Shown piece after piece: positions 11,227 to 21,636 of a stretch of DNA of 64,000 bases. The stretch covers positions 1,056,001 to 1,120,000 of the forward strand of contig CAWCAG010000007.1 in assembly GCA_963793425.1 (NCBI GenBank), written 5' to 3'. Every line of letters begins with the position of its first letter. Position 1 is the stretch's first letter. The stretch is from an uncultured cyanobacterium (lineage in GTDB: Bacteria > Cyanobacteriota > Cyanobacteriia > Cyanobacteriales > CAWCAG01). Below the pieces are notes generated by a model. The model saw only the letters and a program-made list of their open reading frames with translations. It searched no databases and was not told where the DNA came from. The translations under genes and the position numbers were made by a program.

Positions 11227-11793
11227 ATGATTGCTATTTCTCAACAACCTCCAAAAATGACCATTGAGGAATATCTCCTCTGGGAACCTCAACAAGATAT
11301 GCGCTATGAATATATCAATGGGGAAATCTTTGGTATGACTGGGGGAACAATCCCTCATAATGATATTGCCCTCAACTTTTATCGGTTTTTGTATCCCTAT
11401 ACTCGTTCCCAAGGCTGTAAAGTAAACGTTGCAGATGTTAAAGTGCAAGTCAGTTCTCAAAGTCCCTATTACTATCCTGATGTTGTTGTTAGTTGCAGCC
11501 CTGAAGACGTTAATGCCCGTGATTTTATTCAGCAACCCAAACTGATTGCTGAAGTGCTTTCTCCTGGTACAAGCGCTAAGGATAGGGGAGAAAAACTCAC
11601 CAACTATTTGACAATACCTGGTTTGCAAGAATATCTCTTAATTGATTCAGTAAAGATATCCGTTGAACGCTACTCTAGGGGAAAAGGAAGGATGTGGCTT
11701 TACTATCCCTATGCTGCTAGAGATAAAATTACTTTAACAAGTCTGGAACTTGAATTAACTATTGAGCAGCTTTATGAAGGGGTAACTAAATGA
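11227..11793 (+). CDS. Uma2 family endonuclease (DUF820)
   Basis: RYEYINGEIFGMTGGTIPHN, YYPDVVVSC, EVLSPGT, DRGEK, EYLLID. Confidence 0.92.
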   Translation: MIAISQQPPKMTIEEYLLWEPQQDMRYEYINGEIFGMTGGTIPHNDIALNFYRFLYPYTRSQGCKVNVADVKVQVSSQSPYYYPDVVVSCSPEDVNARDFIQQPKLIAEVLSPGTSAKDRGEKLTNYLTIPGLQEYLLIDSVKISVERYSRGKGRMWLYYPYAARDKITLTSLELELTIEQLYEGVTK

Positions 11794-11805
11794 ATGAATA
11801 GGAGG

Positions 11806-11928
11806 CTAATTAACAGCAAATTCAATATCAGGTCTAATTTTTTGACTTTTAGGAATGCTTGTTCTAACTAAATAATCAGCAATACCATCCTTTAAACCAT
11901 CCCGATGTATCCAAACTTTGTCATCAAT
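11806..11928 (-). pseudogene. XisI-family protein C-terminal remnant
   Basis: Manual translation IDDKVWIHRDGLKDGIADYLVRTSIPKSQKIRPDIEFAVN* matches the XisI pattern I.DGKIWIQ.DGTE.GIA..LV..GIPK...EFAV; IVLGFHPP segment and N-terminus are missing. Confidence 0.7.
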
Positions 11929-12003
11929 AACTGGTGTTAAGGCTGCTTCAAGTTCAATATCGTAGGTTGGGTAACAAATTATCCAACATTATATAATTTT
12001 ATT

Positions 12004-13917
12004 ATGACTATTTTCACTCTACAATCTGTTCAAAAAGACTTTGGGACAAAAGAAATCCTCAAAGATGCTAGCTTCAGCCTTGAGGCTGGGGATAAAGTTG
12101 GTTTAATTGGTACTAATGGTTCCGGCAAATCTACTTTACTAAAAATGATTGCGGGGTTAGAACCCATTGACGGGGGAAAAATAATTGTTAATCCTGAAAC
12201 GAGAATTGCTTATTTACCTCAGCAACCAGACTTAGATGAAAAGCTTACGGTTTTGCAACAGGTTTTCGCTGATAGTAGTGAGCAAATGGATTTAATTCGG
12301 GAGTATGAAAAACTTTCGAGAAACTTAGCAAAACAACCAGAAAATAAACAACTTCTGAGCAAATTGTCTCAAGTTAGCCAACAAATAGAAACCCTCAATG
12401 CTTGGGATTTAGAAACTGATGCCAAAATTATTTTAACTAAATTAGGGATTGTTGATTTTGAGGCGGTTGTTGGTACTTTATCTGGTGGTTATCGTAAGCG
12501 TATTGCCTTAGCGACGGCTCTTCTTTCTCAGCCGGAAGTTTTACTTATGGATGAGCCTACTAACCATTTAGATGCTCTTTCTGTAGAGTGGTTACAAGGT
12601 TATTTAAGCAGTTATCGTGGGGCGATTTTATTAATTACCCACGACCGTTATTTTTTGGACAAGGTTACTAATCGCATCATCGAAATAGATCGAGGAGATT
12701 TTTATAATTATGCTGGGAATTATGCTTATTATTTAGAGAAAAAAGCTTTAGCTGAAGAATCCACTGCAAGTAGTCAGCGGAAGTATCAAGGAGTATTACG
12801 GCGAGAATTAGCTTGGTTAAGACAGGGGCCAAAAGCGCGAAGCACAAAGCAAAGAGCGCGAATTGAACGTATTGATGAAATGAAGGAGCAGGAGTTTAAG
12901 GAACCCCAAGGAAAAGTAGAAATCACCACTGCTAATCGTCGTATTGGCAAGAAAGTAATTGAATTAGAAAATATTAGTAAAAGCTACGACAATCGTAATT
13001 TAATTAAGGATTTTACTTACCTATTTAATTCTGATGATCGCATTGGTATTATTGGTAGTAATGGGGCCGGTAAGTCTACTTTAATGGATATCATTACCCA
13101 ACGTCTTGAACCCGATGTAGGAACAGTAGAGGTAGGTAGTACAATTCATTTTGGCTATTTTGACCAACATTCAGAAGATTTACTCGCAGCCTTAAATGAA
13201 GAGCAAAGGGTAATTGAATATCTTAAAGAGGCGGGGGAGTTAGTAGAAACAAATGATGGTCAGGTGATTAGTGCTTCACAAATGTTGGAGCGTTTTCTTT
13301 TCCCTCCTAACCAACAATATGTTCCTATTAATAAGCTCTCTGGAGGCGAAAAACGACGCTTATTTCTTTTAAGGGTATTAATGGGCGCTCCTAATGTTTT
13401 AATTCTTGATGAACCCACCAATGATTTAGATGTCCAAACCCTAGCAGTTTTGGAAGAATATTTAACTGAATTTAATGGTTGTGTAATTGTCGTTTCTCAT
13501 GACCGCTACTTCTTGGATAGAACTGTTAATGCTATTTTTGCTTTAGAAACTGGGGGGAATATTCGTCGCTATCCTGGTAATTATTCTGTTTACCTAGATT
13601 ATCAAAAAGCGAAGGAAAAGGAAGCCCCGGAAGTTAAAACCACAAGTGTAAAAACCAAGACAAGTAAATCAAAAAACAAAACTAATAATAAACCAAGACG
13701 ACTATCGAATTGGGAAAGGAAAACTTTTACCGAATTAGAAGAGCAAATTACTAAGTTAGAAGCAGAGAAAGAAGAGGTAGAAAAATCCCTCTATAATGCT
13801 CCTCCAGGCAAAGTCCAAGAAGTTAAAGAGTTATATGAAAAGTTGCAAGATTTAACGGATAAAATAGATGTGGCGACGGAGAAATGGTTAGAGTTGGCGG
13901 AAAGGGAATCTGGCTAA
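12004..13917 (+). CDS. ABC-F family ATPase (Uup-like)
   Basis: Two ABC cassettes (GTNGSGKST/LSGG/DEPTNHLD; GSNGAGKST/LSGGEKRR/DEPTNDLD), no TM segments, C-terminal coiled coil. Confidence 0.92.
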   Translation: MTIFTLQSVQKDFGTKEILKDASFSLEAGDKVGLIGTNGSGKSTLLKMIAGLEPIDGGKIIVNPETRIAYLPQQPDLDEKLTVLQQVFADSSEQMDLIREYEKLSRNLAKQPENKQLLSKLSQVSQQIETLNAWDLETDAKIILTKLGIVDFEAVVGTLSGGYRKRIALATALLSQPEVLLMDEPTNHLDALSVEWLQGYLSSYRGAILLITHDRYFLDKVTNRIIEIDRGDFYNYAGNYAYYLEKKALAEESTASSQRKYQGVLRRELAWLRQGPKARSTKQRARIERIDEMKEQEFKEPQGKVEITTANRRIGKKVIELENISKSYDNRNLIKDFTYLFNSDDRIGIIGSNGAGKSTLMDIITQRLEPDVGTVEVGSTIHFGYFDQHSEDLLAALNEEQRVIEYLKEAGELVETNDGQVISASQMLERFLFPPNQQYVPINKLSGGEKRRLFLLRVLMGAPNVLILDEPTNDLDVQTLAVLEEYLTEFNGCVIVVSHDRYFLDRTVNAIFALETGGNIRRYPGNYSVYLDYQKAKEKEAPEVKTTSVKTKTSKSKNKTNNKPRRLSNWERKTFTELEEQITKLEAEKEEVEKSLYNAPPGKVQEVKELYEKLQDLTDKIDVATEKWLELAERESG

Positions 13918-13996
13918 GTAATAAGTAATAAATTCATTTTGTGAATATTGCTATAATAAATAAGTTTTTAATAGAAAAACTTCAAATCTGCCCTTT

Positions 13997-15298
13997 ATGA
14001 ATAATCAGCTTGATAAACTTTCTCCAACTGAAAAACGGCAATGGTTTCTGCAACAAATGGAGGCAAAAGATTTAAGTATTCAACAGAACATTGCAGGGCA
14101 AGATTTGAGGGGAATTGATTTAAGTGGCATCGACTTTACAACTTTGCAAGTAGGCTCATGCTTCTCTTTTCGTGGTTGCCAACTTCAAGGGGCTAACTTT
14201 TCCGGTTCTCAGCTTAAAAATGTTAAATTTGAAGGAGCTAATTTAGAGGGAGCAAACTTTAGTAATGTAACGGCTACTCACTGCGATTTTAGTTATACAG
14301 ATACATCCCATCCTCATCTAAAAAGTATCAACCGCCAAAATAGTACCTTAATTGATGCTCCTAACCTGAAAAATATCAACTGCCGAAATAGTACCCTGAT
14401 TGATGTTAATTTCCGGGGCTGTAATCTAGAACAAGCTAACTTTGAAAATGCTTATATTAACGGTCATTTTTCCGGTTCAAAATTAGACAGAGCCAACTTT
14501 CGCAAAGCCTGTTTTGCTGGGGTTTGTTTTGATGAAACTAACATTCCTCAAGCAAACTTTAGTAATGCAACTTTCATCGCTGCCAAAAGCGATAAACATC
14601 ATCCCAACAGAAACTCTTTTGCTGGTGCTTGCCTCAACGATTCTGACCTGCAACAAATTACTTTTGAAACCCACGTCAACTTTGCCAATTCTGAACTTCA
14701 AAGAACAAATTTGAAGGGAATTGATTTCTCCGTTAAAGAGGGAAGTACTCATGGTTTTGTTTCCTTTTATGCAGCTAACCTCAAAGATGCTTTAATGCCA
14801 GAAAACTGGATTGAGCAAATACCTAAACATAAAATCCATCTAGCCACCTTACCCGATGGCACATTTTATAAATACGAGGAATCTGATTGGCATAAGGTTC
14901 CTTTCCTTAGAAATTTACCCTTACCCCTGCAAAAGTTAATAAGTCTTGCCTTGTGGCTAGTTTTACTGGGATTGTCAATTCTATTACTGAAGGGAATTTT
15001 AGATTTAGCTTACCAAGTTGGAATCTGGAGCTTTGGATTTGCACCAGTTTTAATGACAATTCTCGCCACAATAGTTTATAGAGGCTTTCAATCTAAACCT
15101 AAAACTGCTTATAATTCTTGGGATTTTAGCTTTCTTGTATTTGGATTTCCTATTGCCCTTTTATTACTAGAAATTCCTTTCATTTTAATTGGACTATCTA
15201 TCAACAATATCCCCCTACTAGCTTCTATCTTTTATAGCTTGATAGGAATACCCATCGCCTTCATCTTCTTAGGCTTCCTCAAAGAAATTTTTCGATGA
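13997..15298 (+). CDS. Pentapeptide repeat protein with C-terminal transmembrane region
   Basis: A(N/D)(L/F)xx repeats over ~250 aa, PDGT cap, about 4 hydrophobic helices at the C-terminus. Confidence 0.8.
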   Translation: MNNQLDKLSPTEKRQWFLQQMEAKDLSIQQNIAGQDLRGIDLSGIDFTTLQVGSCFSFRGCQLQGANFSGSQLKNVKFEGANLEGANFSNVTATHCDFSYTDTSHPHLKSINRQNSTLIDAPNLKNINCRNSTLIDVNFRGCNLEQANFENAYINGHFSGSKLDRANFRKACFAGVCFDETNIPQANFSNATFIAAKSDKHHPNRNSFAGACLNDSDLQQITFETHVNFANSELQRTNLKGIDFSVKEGSTHGFVSFYAANLKDALMPENWIEQIPKHKIHLATLPDGTFYKYEESDWHKVPFLRNLPLPLQKLISLALWLVLLGLSILLLKGILDLAYQVGIWSFGFAPVLMTILATIVYRGFQSKPKTAYNSWDFSFLVFGFPIALLLLEIPFILIGLSINNIPLLASIFYSLIGIPIAFIFLGFLKEIFR

Positions 15299-15303
15299 AG
15301 CAA

Positions 15304-16080
15304 TTAAACTTGATAAAAAACCTTATCCTTTTGAGAATATTCCCAAGCAATAGCTTCAGGATCTTTACTTTTACTCCATTGAGAAAAATCACTTTCAATT
15401 CTTCTTTTTGCTATAGTACTAGGATGAACTCCTAAGCGTTTAGCTAGTTCTGCTTGAATCAGAAAAGAGTCATTTTCTGTCTGGATTTCTTCTTCTTGCG
15501 ACTCTCGAATTTCTCCTTGAACAATGCCTTGAACTTGACTAGGTTTTAAAGGAGTTTCTCTTACAGGAGTTTCTGTCAGTGTTGATGATTCGGCATGAAC
15601 AACCTCTAAATCTGGCTCAATTAAATCTTCAAACTCTGAGTTTGCTGAAGTAAAAACCTCCTCTTGATCTGGCAACAAAGGAAGAGGTTCACTGTCATCA
15701 AGAATACTTCCTAAAGCACTAGCTGTAAGAAAATAATAAACGGCTCCTTTATTCTCGTAATCTTGACGTTGAGCGCCATATTCCTCTGCTTTCTTCTCTA
15801 AAAATCTTTGTGCTGCTGCCCCTGTTAAATTAGCTTTAACTGATAAATCAACCGCAGTCAAACAACCTTGATTTTCCCTAATCAACTGGTTAAAAAAAGG
15901 ATTGACTTCTTGACTCCATTGCTTCCATTGATAGTGTTGCCAAACTGTCCAAGCAATACCAAAAACTATAATCCCCAAAACAAAAGGCCAAGCCACAAAC
16001 AAAAATACCAACACTAAAGCAATGGGAAGGATCAGAATAAGAGCCGTATTTGCACCGTTGTCTAAAATTTTTCCAGTCAT
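15304..16080 (-). CDS. Conserved cyanobacterial membrane protein with C-terminal HTH-like segment
   Basis: N-terminal TM pair, acidic linker, LIQAELAKRLGVHPSTI...WSKSKDPEAIAW tail. Confidence 0.7.
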   Translation of the reverse strand: MTGKILDNGANTALILILPIALVLVFLFVAWPFVLGIIVFGIAWTVWQHYQWKQWSQEVNPFFNQLIRENQGCLTAVDLSVKANLTGAAAQRFLEKKAEEYGAQRQDYENKGAVYYFLTASALGSILDDSEPLPLLPDQEEVFTSANSEFEDLIEPDLEVVHAESSTLTETPVRETPLKPSQVQGIVQGEIRESQEEEIQTENDSFLIQAELAKRLGVHPSTIAKRRIESDFSQWSKSKDPEAIAWEYSQKDKVFYQV

Positions 16081-16093
16081 AATTGTAAGTTAA

Positions 16094-16140
16094 GGGAGTA
16101 GGGAGCAGGGAGCGGGGAGTAGGGTAGAGTAGAGTAGAGT
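16094..16140 (+). repeat. Short tandem repeats GGGAG(T/C)(A/G) and GTAGA
   Basis: gggagtagggagcagggagcggggagtagggtagagtagagtagagt. Confidence 0.75.
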
Positions 16141-16182
16141 AAGTTTTATCTGCTAGTTTTTCCCCTGTTACTTCCTGATAAT

Positions 16183-16962
16183 CTATTGTGTAACCTCTAG
16201 TTTCTTAAACATTGCTTGGCGGGCTTTTAAGGCTAAGGAATCATCAAGTTGAGTTAGAGAAATTGCTTTTTGATACTTACGTCTCAAAGCCGTTTGAATT
16301 AACCAATCGGCAAGAAAGGGATTTTTGGGTAACAATGGTCCATGAGAATAGGTGGCGATCGCATTATGATAAAAAGCGCCTTCTGTACCATCTTCTCCAT
16401 TATTACCATAGCCTTTAATCACTTTACCTAAAGGTAGAACTTCTCCTAAATAAGTTCTACCACCATGATTTTCAAAACCTACTATAACTGGGGGTTTTCC
16501 GAGCATTTCTTTCAAGTCCTCAGCTAAAGGGTTAGCTGTAATTTCAAAGACAACATTACCAATACAACGACGGGCTTCAAAACCAGGGTGCTTACTTACC
16601 AAATCCAACAAGCCCAAGCCTTCAATTTTTTTACCTAAAGCAGGTTCGTAGTAATGCCCTAAAAGTTGGGGGGAACCACAGGTAAATACGCCGGGAGTTC
16701 CTGCTTCAATTATATTACGTATTGCTTCGGCTTTAGCTCCTAGTAAGTCCCGCATCACAATTTCTTGTTGCCGATCCTGAGCGCCACCACCGACTAAAAT
16801 ATCAATATTGTAAAAAGCTTCAGCATAACTTTCGTGATCAAGGGGAACAACAAAAACATCAATAGAGCGCCACTGACAGCGACTTTTTAAACAGAGTACA
16901 TTACCCCTATCCCCATAGGTACTCATCAATTTAGGATAAAGCCAGCCAATTGTTATTTCCAT
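16183..16962 (-). CDS. Type 1 glutamine amidotransferase, GatD/CobQ-like
   Basis: LYP.LMSTYGDRGN, GGGAQDRQQ, FTCGSPQLLG, GFENHGG, HGPLLPKNP. Confidence 0.88.
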   Translation of the reverse strand: MEITIGWLYPKLMSTYGDRGNVLCLKSRCQWRSIDVFVVPLDHESYAEAFYNIDILVGGGAQDRQQEIVMRDLLGAKAEAIRNIIEAGTPGVFTCGSPQLLGHYYEPALGKKIEGLGLLDLVSKHPGFEARRCIGNVVFEITANPLAEDLKEMLGKPPVIVGFENHGGRTYLGEVLPLGKVIKGYGNNGEDGTEGAFYHNAIATYSHGPLLPKNPFLADWLIQTALRRKYQKAISLTQLDDSLALKARQAMFKKLEVTQ

Positions 16963-17107
16963 TACTTCGCTGTTGATTTAATTTGTTTTTCCCTACAGAT
17001 TAGGGAATTCCTAATCGGGAAAATTGTATCAATAATTCAGTTATTAATGTAGTGCTTGCCGTTGTTAAACATCAGTTATCGCTTTTGTTGTTTAGTTGTT
17101 TATGTTA

Positions 17108-18262
17108 ATGAAAAAACTTATTCTTAAATTAAATAATTGGTTAGAAAGCCGTTTTTGCACTCCTTCTTATGCTGGTTGGATACTAGGAGGCATTGGTATT
17201 TCTTTTTTTGGTGCTGCTACTAACACGATGGTAGGGTGGCTTTATGCTATGAGTGGCATTATCTTCTCCTTATTAGGTTTAGCTGCTGTTTTAGCTTGGC
17301 GATCACTCAAAGATATGCAAATTCGTCGCTTGCCTATTTTACCTATTAGTGCCGGGGATCAACTGACTATAACTGTAGAAGTGATTAATGATAGTCAGAA
17401 GCCGAAAACTTTGCTGCAAGTTTGGGATCTTTTGCCCTTTGTCCTTTCTCCACCTCAGCAAGTTGCCATTGAGTTAATTGCTGCGGCGGGTAAATATAAT
17501 TGGGTTTATCATCTCACACCCCGAAGGCGGGGGGTTTATCGTTGGGGTGAAGTGCAGTTACGTACAGGAAATCCTTTAGGATTGTTTTGGTGTCGCCGCA
17601 GTCGAGAAGTACTGAGTAAAGCCGTTGTTTATCCCCAGGTTTTACTCTTAAAAAGTTGTCCTTTAGTAGATTCTTTAGGCCAAGACGAAAGTAATCAATT
17701 TATTAGTGAAAGTCGCTACCAATCTTCAACAGAAGGTTTAACCAGAGCTTTACGTCCCTACCGCATTGGTGATCCAACCCGCCTCATACATTGGCGTAGT
17801 AGCGCCCGTTATGGCGATTTAAGGGTAAGAGAATTAGAAATAGCTACCGGAGGGGAAGAAGTAATTATCTGTCTTGATAGCGCTTCTAGCTGGGAATCAG
17901 AGGCTTTTGAAAATGCTGTCATTGCCGCAGCTTCCCTTTATTTCTATGCTGCCTCCTGTCATATGGATGCCAAACTCTGGAGTGCAAGTACAGGATTAAT
18001 CCAAGGGCAACAAATAGTTTTGGAAACTTTAGCTGGGATCGCCCAAGGAGAAAACTTGCTTAATCATCAACTCCCCTCCCAACCGATTATTTGGTTGACA
18101 GCTAACCCTTCCAGCCTCAATTCTATTCCTAAAGGTAGCCGCTGGCTTCTTTTCCCAGCTAATGCTGAAGCAATGCCCCAACTAAGCAAACTCCCTATTC
18201 CCGGCCTAATCATCAACCCAGAACAACCATTACAAACCCAACTAACCAGCAAACCGCATTGA
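17108..18262 (+). CDS. DUF58 domain protein
   Basis: Two N-terminal TM helices, RRGVY, LRPYRIGDPTRLIHWRSSAR, LRVRE; start uncertain (17096-17108). Confidence 0.85.
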   Translation: MKKLILKLNNWLESRFCTPSYAGWILGGIGISFFGAATNTMVGWLYAMSGIIFSLLGLAAVLAWRSLKDMQIRRLPILPISAGDQLTITVEVINDSQKPKTLLQVWDLLPFVLSPPQQVAIELIAAAGKYNWVYHLTPRRRGVYRWGEVQLRTGNPLGLFWCRRSREVLSKAVVYPQVLLLKSCPLVDSLGQDESNQFISESRYQSSTEGLTRALRPYRIGDPTRLIHWRSSARYGDLRVRELEIATGGEEVIICLDSASSWESEAFENAVIAAASLYFYAASCHMDAKLWSASTGLIQGQQIVLETLAGIAQGENLLNHQLPSQPIIWLTANPSSLNSIPKGSRWLLFPANAEAMPQLSKLPIPGLIINPEQPLQTQLTSKPH

Positions 18263-18353
18263 ACATTGTTGGCGCAAGCCTTGCCGTAGGCTACATTAAA
18301 CATTAAACATTGAACATTGTTCGGCTTTGCCGTTGCCGTTAGGCATCATTGAA
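18257..18353. repeat. Composite intergenic repeat (CATT(A/G)AA heptamers flanking GC-rich TTGCCGT(T)AGGC cores)
   Basis: CATTGAACATTGTT at 18257 and 18308, each followed by a ...TTGCCGT(T)AGGC unit. Confidence 0.6.
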
Positions 18354-19181
18354 TCACACTTCCTTGTGATGTTTTTCGTGATTTTTGAGTTGATCTTGGG
18401 TGACTTCCCCTCCTCCCATTAAATCTGTTGTAGCTTCTGTTAACTTAGCAGGATCCATGAAGACGATCTTAGAGTTAGCACTACCACTCAACCTCTCATT
18501 AGCATCCACATACTGCTGAGCAATCAGATACTTCAAAACCTGCTGACTATCAGGTTGATTTTGGATGGCACTAGAAATAATCTTAATGGATTCAACCTTC
18601 GCTTCCGCCTCAGCAATTTCTGCTCTTTTCTTACTTTGAGCAATTCTTTCTGTTTCAATGGAATCGAGTACATCTTGGGAAGGAGTCATTTCCCTTACTT
18701 CCACACGGGTTACTTTAACCCCCCAACTAGATGTTGCTTCGTCTAATACTTCTGACAACTTCCGGTTAATGCGATCGCGAGAAGAATAGGTTTCGTCTAA
18801 TTCTAGCTGACCAATTTCTGAACGCAAAGCTGGGGTAACTAATTCTTCAATGGCTTCTTCGAGGTTTTCGACAGCATAATAAGCTTTAGCTAAATCAAGA
18901 ATTTGCCAATAAACTAAAGCATCCGCTTTCACTTCTACTTTATCTTGGGTAATTGCACTCTGGGGAGGGATATCCAACAGTCTTTCTCGGACAGTCTCCT
19001 CTACGACAATACTGTCTAAGAAAGGCACAATGAAATTAAGACCAGGCTCTAATTTTTTGCGATACCTACCCAAACGTTCTACTAAAGCCTCATTACCTTG
19101 ATTAACAACTTTGGTTGAACCAACACTGTAACCAGTGGCTATCAACATGATGGGGACAATGACGGAGAAAAAAGTTTCCAT
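18354..19181 (-). CDS. SPFH/band 7 (stomatin/paraslipin-like) protein
   Basis: ALVERLGRY, PGLNFIVPF, LDIPPQSAIT, LRSEIG, WGVKVTRVE. Confidence 0.9.
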   Translation of the reverse strand: METFFSVIVPIMLIATGYSVGSTKVVNQGNEALVERLGRYRKKLEPGLNFIVPFLDSIVVEETVRERLLDIPPQSAITQDKVEVKADALVYWQILDLAKAYYAVENLEEAIEELVTPALRSEIGQLELDETYSSRDRINRKLSEVLDEATSSWGVKVTRVEVREMTPSQDVLDSIETERIAQSKKRAEIAEAEAKVESIKIISSAIQNQPDSQQVLKYLIAQQYVDANERLSGSANSKIVFMDPAKLTEATTDLMGGGEVTQDQLKNHEKHHKEV

Positions 19182-19471
19182 AATTCCTAAATTTCACTTA
19201 TCGGGAGACTTCAAGATTAACCAAAGGGCAGGCTCTCAATTTTGGTCATATTCATTCTAGTTAATCGTCAACTATAATCTACCATTTCTCTAGCTTTAGG
19301 GAGAAAAATTGGTTGATAAGGCTATGGGAACTCAATCTAATCGCCAATAATACCAGTAAACTACAGAGATTAGCGCTGATGGTTATTCTATTGTTACTTA
19401 CCTAGAGGCGAGAAGGTTTTGCCCCTGTCTTGACGCTGTTTCCGATCATGCAATTGCTATAAAGAATCTGA

Positions 19472-20076
19472 ATGAAAGCAAATTACCAGTTTCATGAAGA
19501 GTTAAACTTCTTTTTACCTTCTCGCCAGAAAGAAGTAGGTTTTGACTACGAATTTAAAGGAAACCCTGCCATTAAAGATACGATAGAGTCTTTAGGGGTT
19601 CCTCATACTGAAGTTAATCAAATTGTGGTTAATGACAAAAGTGTAGATTTCTCCTATTTGCTTAAAGATGGCGATCACGTTGAAGTTTATCCTATTTCCC
19701 TGCCCCAGAAAATATCTCTCAGGTTAAATTAAGACCAGATTTGCCAAAAACTATTGCTTTTGTTTTGGATGTTCATTTAGGCAAGCTGGCTTCTTCTTTG
19801 CGGATGCTAGGTTTTGATACTTGGTATCGTAACGATTATGATGATGAAGAGTTGGCTATCATTTCTGCTACTAAAAATCGTATTTTATTAACTCGCGATA
19901 CGGGGTTATTAATGCGTAGTTTAGTTACCCACGGTTATTATGTTCGTTCCACCAATCCCGAAGAACAATTAGGCGAAGTTTTAAAGCGTTTCAATCTTTG
20001 TGATTTAATTCAACCTTTCCAACGTTGTATTCGCTGCAATGGTAATTTAGAAGCCGTTGACAAAGAAGCTAATTGA
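19472..20076 (+). pseudogene. Ub-Mut7C / Mut7-C RNase protein, frameshifted and C-terminally truncated
   Basis: ORF1 is the ubiquitin-like domain (IKDTIESLGVPHTEV); ORF2 is the PIN-like Mut7-C (FVLDVHLGKLA..LRMLGFD, LLTRD, RCIRCNG); linker PENISQVKLRPD lies in the ORF2 frame; stops before the second Cys pair. Confidence 0.75.
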
Positions 20077-20223
20077 TTCTGTTATTAAGGATGCTTCCTG
20101 AAAGAAAAAAAAGCGATAAGCTAGTTGCTAGTCGCTAGTTGCTAAAATCTTAGACTTGGTGAGTATGTTTTATTAATTGGAGTACTCTGAACCCTCTCCT
20201 CGTTATCCAGTTTGCCTAACAGC

Positions 20224-21516
20224 TTATGTGGCAGATTCCTCTTCAATCTTTGGGGTAGGAGGAGAAAGAGTAGGAATAATTGTCCCCCGAACATAATTGT
20301 CAATTTCCGCTGCTTTTTCTTGATTATTTTGCTGGAGATAAAGCTTCTTCGCTTCAATCAGAAAAGAAACCGCTTCTTCTGTACGTCCAGTTTTATGTAA
20401 ACAAACCCCAAGATTATGGAAAGCTGGGGCAAGATTAGGATCAAGAAAAATAGCTTCTTGGTAGCTGGAAATCGCTGTCTCACACTGATCTGAACGCTGG
20501 TAAGCCACCCCTAAATTGTAGCTAAGCACCGGATCTCTTGAACTAGAATCACCATCAAGACTTTTAGCTTTCTCTAATGCCTCTGCTGCCCCATTGAAAT
20601 TGCCTTGCTTAAGACGAACAATCCCTAACTGACGATAAGCACCAGCATTATTGTTATCAAGTCTTGCTGCTTGTTCAAACCTACCCCGCGCTGCGTCATA
20701 ATTTTCTAGTTGCAGATAAACTAAACCTAAATTGTATTGAACTTGTGGGTCATTAGGAGCAACTTGAGAGGCTTTATTCAGGTTATTTCTAGCTAATTCT
20801 AACTGGCCTTCATTAGCGTATAAAAGTCCAAGTTGATAATAAGCTGGGGCAAAGTTAGGATCAATAGCTAAAGCTTGCTCAATTTGACCAATAGCCTGCT
20901 CTCTTCGTCCTTGCTTAATAGCAATTAACCCCTGATTATATAGAGGCTGAGGGTCATCAGGATTGAGATTGCTAGCTTGCTGAAAAGATTGATTGGCTTG
21001 GGTATAATCGCCTTGACTATATAAAACCAGACCCTGATTATAATAAGCTTGGGTAAAATCGGGATCTAGTTCTATGGTGCGCTGAAACTGGGCATTCGCT
21101 TCTTCGACATCACCTTGTCGGTACAAAGCTAAACCTAAATTATAGTGAGCATCGGTCATGTTAGGTTCATAACCAATGGTTTGTCGATAATGAGCGATCG
21201 CCTTAGCTAATTTCCCTTCTTCTGCATAAACATTGGCCAGCATATAATGAGCCATAGCCATGTAAGGCTCAGCTTCCAAAGCCTCTATAAAAAACTCTCT
21301 AGCTTTTTGTTTATTGCCTCGATTATAAGCCGTCATCCCTTGTTGAAAGGATGCTGCGGCTTCAAAATTATTCGTATAAAGCCCATTGACTACTTGTTTA
21401 CTTCTTGGCTGCTGTTTTAAATTTTCTGCCCTGACGCTACCAGAATTAATAGCCCCCAAGCTGATTAAAATTGCTACTGCTAGCTTAAAAATTTGCTGAT
21501 GTTTATATTTCCGCAT
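20224..21516 (-). CDS. Secreted tetratricopeptide repeat protein
   Basis: Signal peptide followed by about 10 TPR units (A.YNLG.A...G....A). Confidence 0.9.
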   Translation of the reverse strand: MRKYKHQQIFKLAVAILISLGAINSGSVRAENLKQQPRSKQVVNGLYTNNFEAAASFQQGMTAYNRGNKQKAREFFIEALEAEPYMAMAHYMLANVYAEEGKLAKAIAHYRQTIGYEPNMTDAHYNLGLALYRQGDVEEANAQFQRTIELDPDFTQAYYNQGLVLYSQGDYTQANQSFQQASNLNPDDPQPLYNQGLIAIKQGRREQAIGQIEQALAIDPNFAPAYYQLGLLYANEGQLELARNNLNKASQVAPNDPQVQYNLGLVYLQLENYDAARGRFEQAARLDNNNAGAYRQLGIVRLKQGNFNGAAEALEKAKSLDGDSSSRDPVLSYNLGVAYQRSDQCETAISSYQEAIFLDPNLAPAFHNLGVCLHKTGRTEEAVSFLIEAKKLYLQQNNQEKAAEIDNYVRGTIIPTLSPPTPKIEEESAT

Positions 21517-21636
21517 TGGTAGTTGCTAGTTAATATCCACTCTTTTAATTATTTAACCCAATTTACTCTGCTTCTAGTTAACTTTCATCTGTCTTAGGTG
21601 ACTGGGGGATGGGGTGACGACTCACTTCTCAAATGT

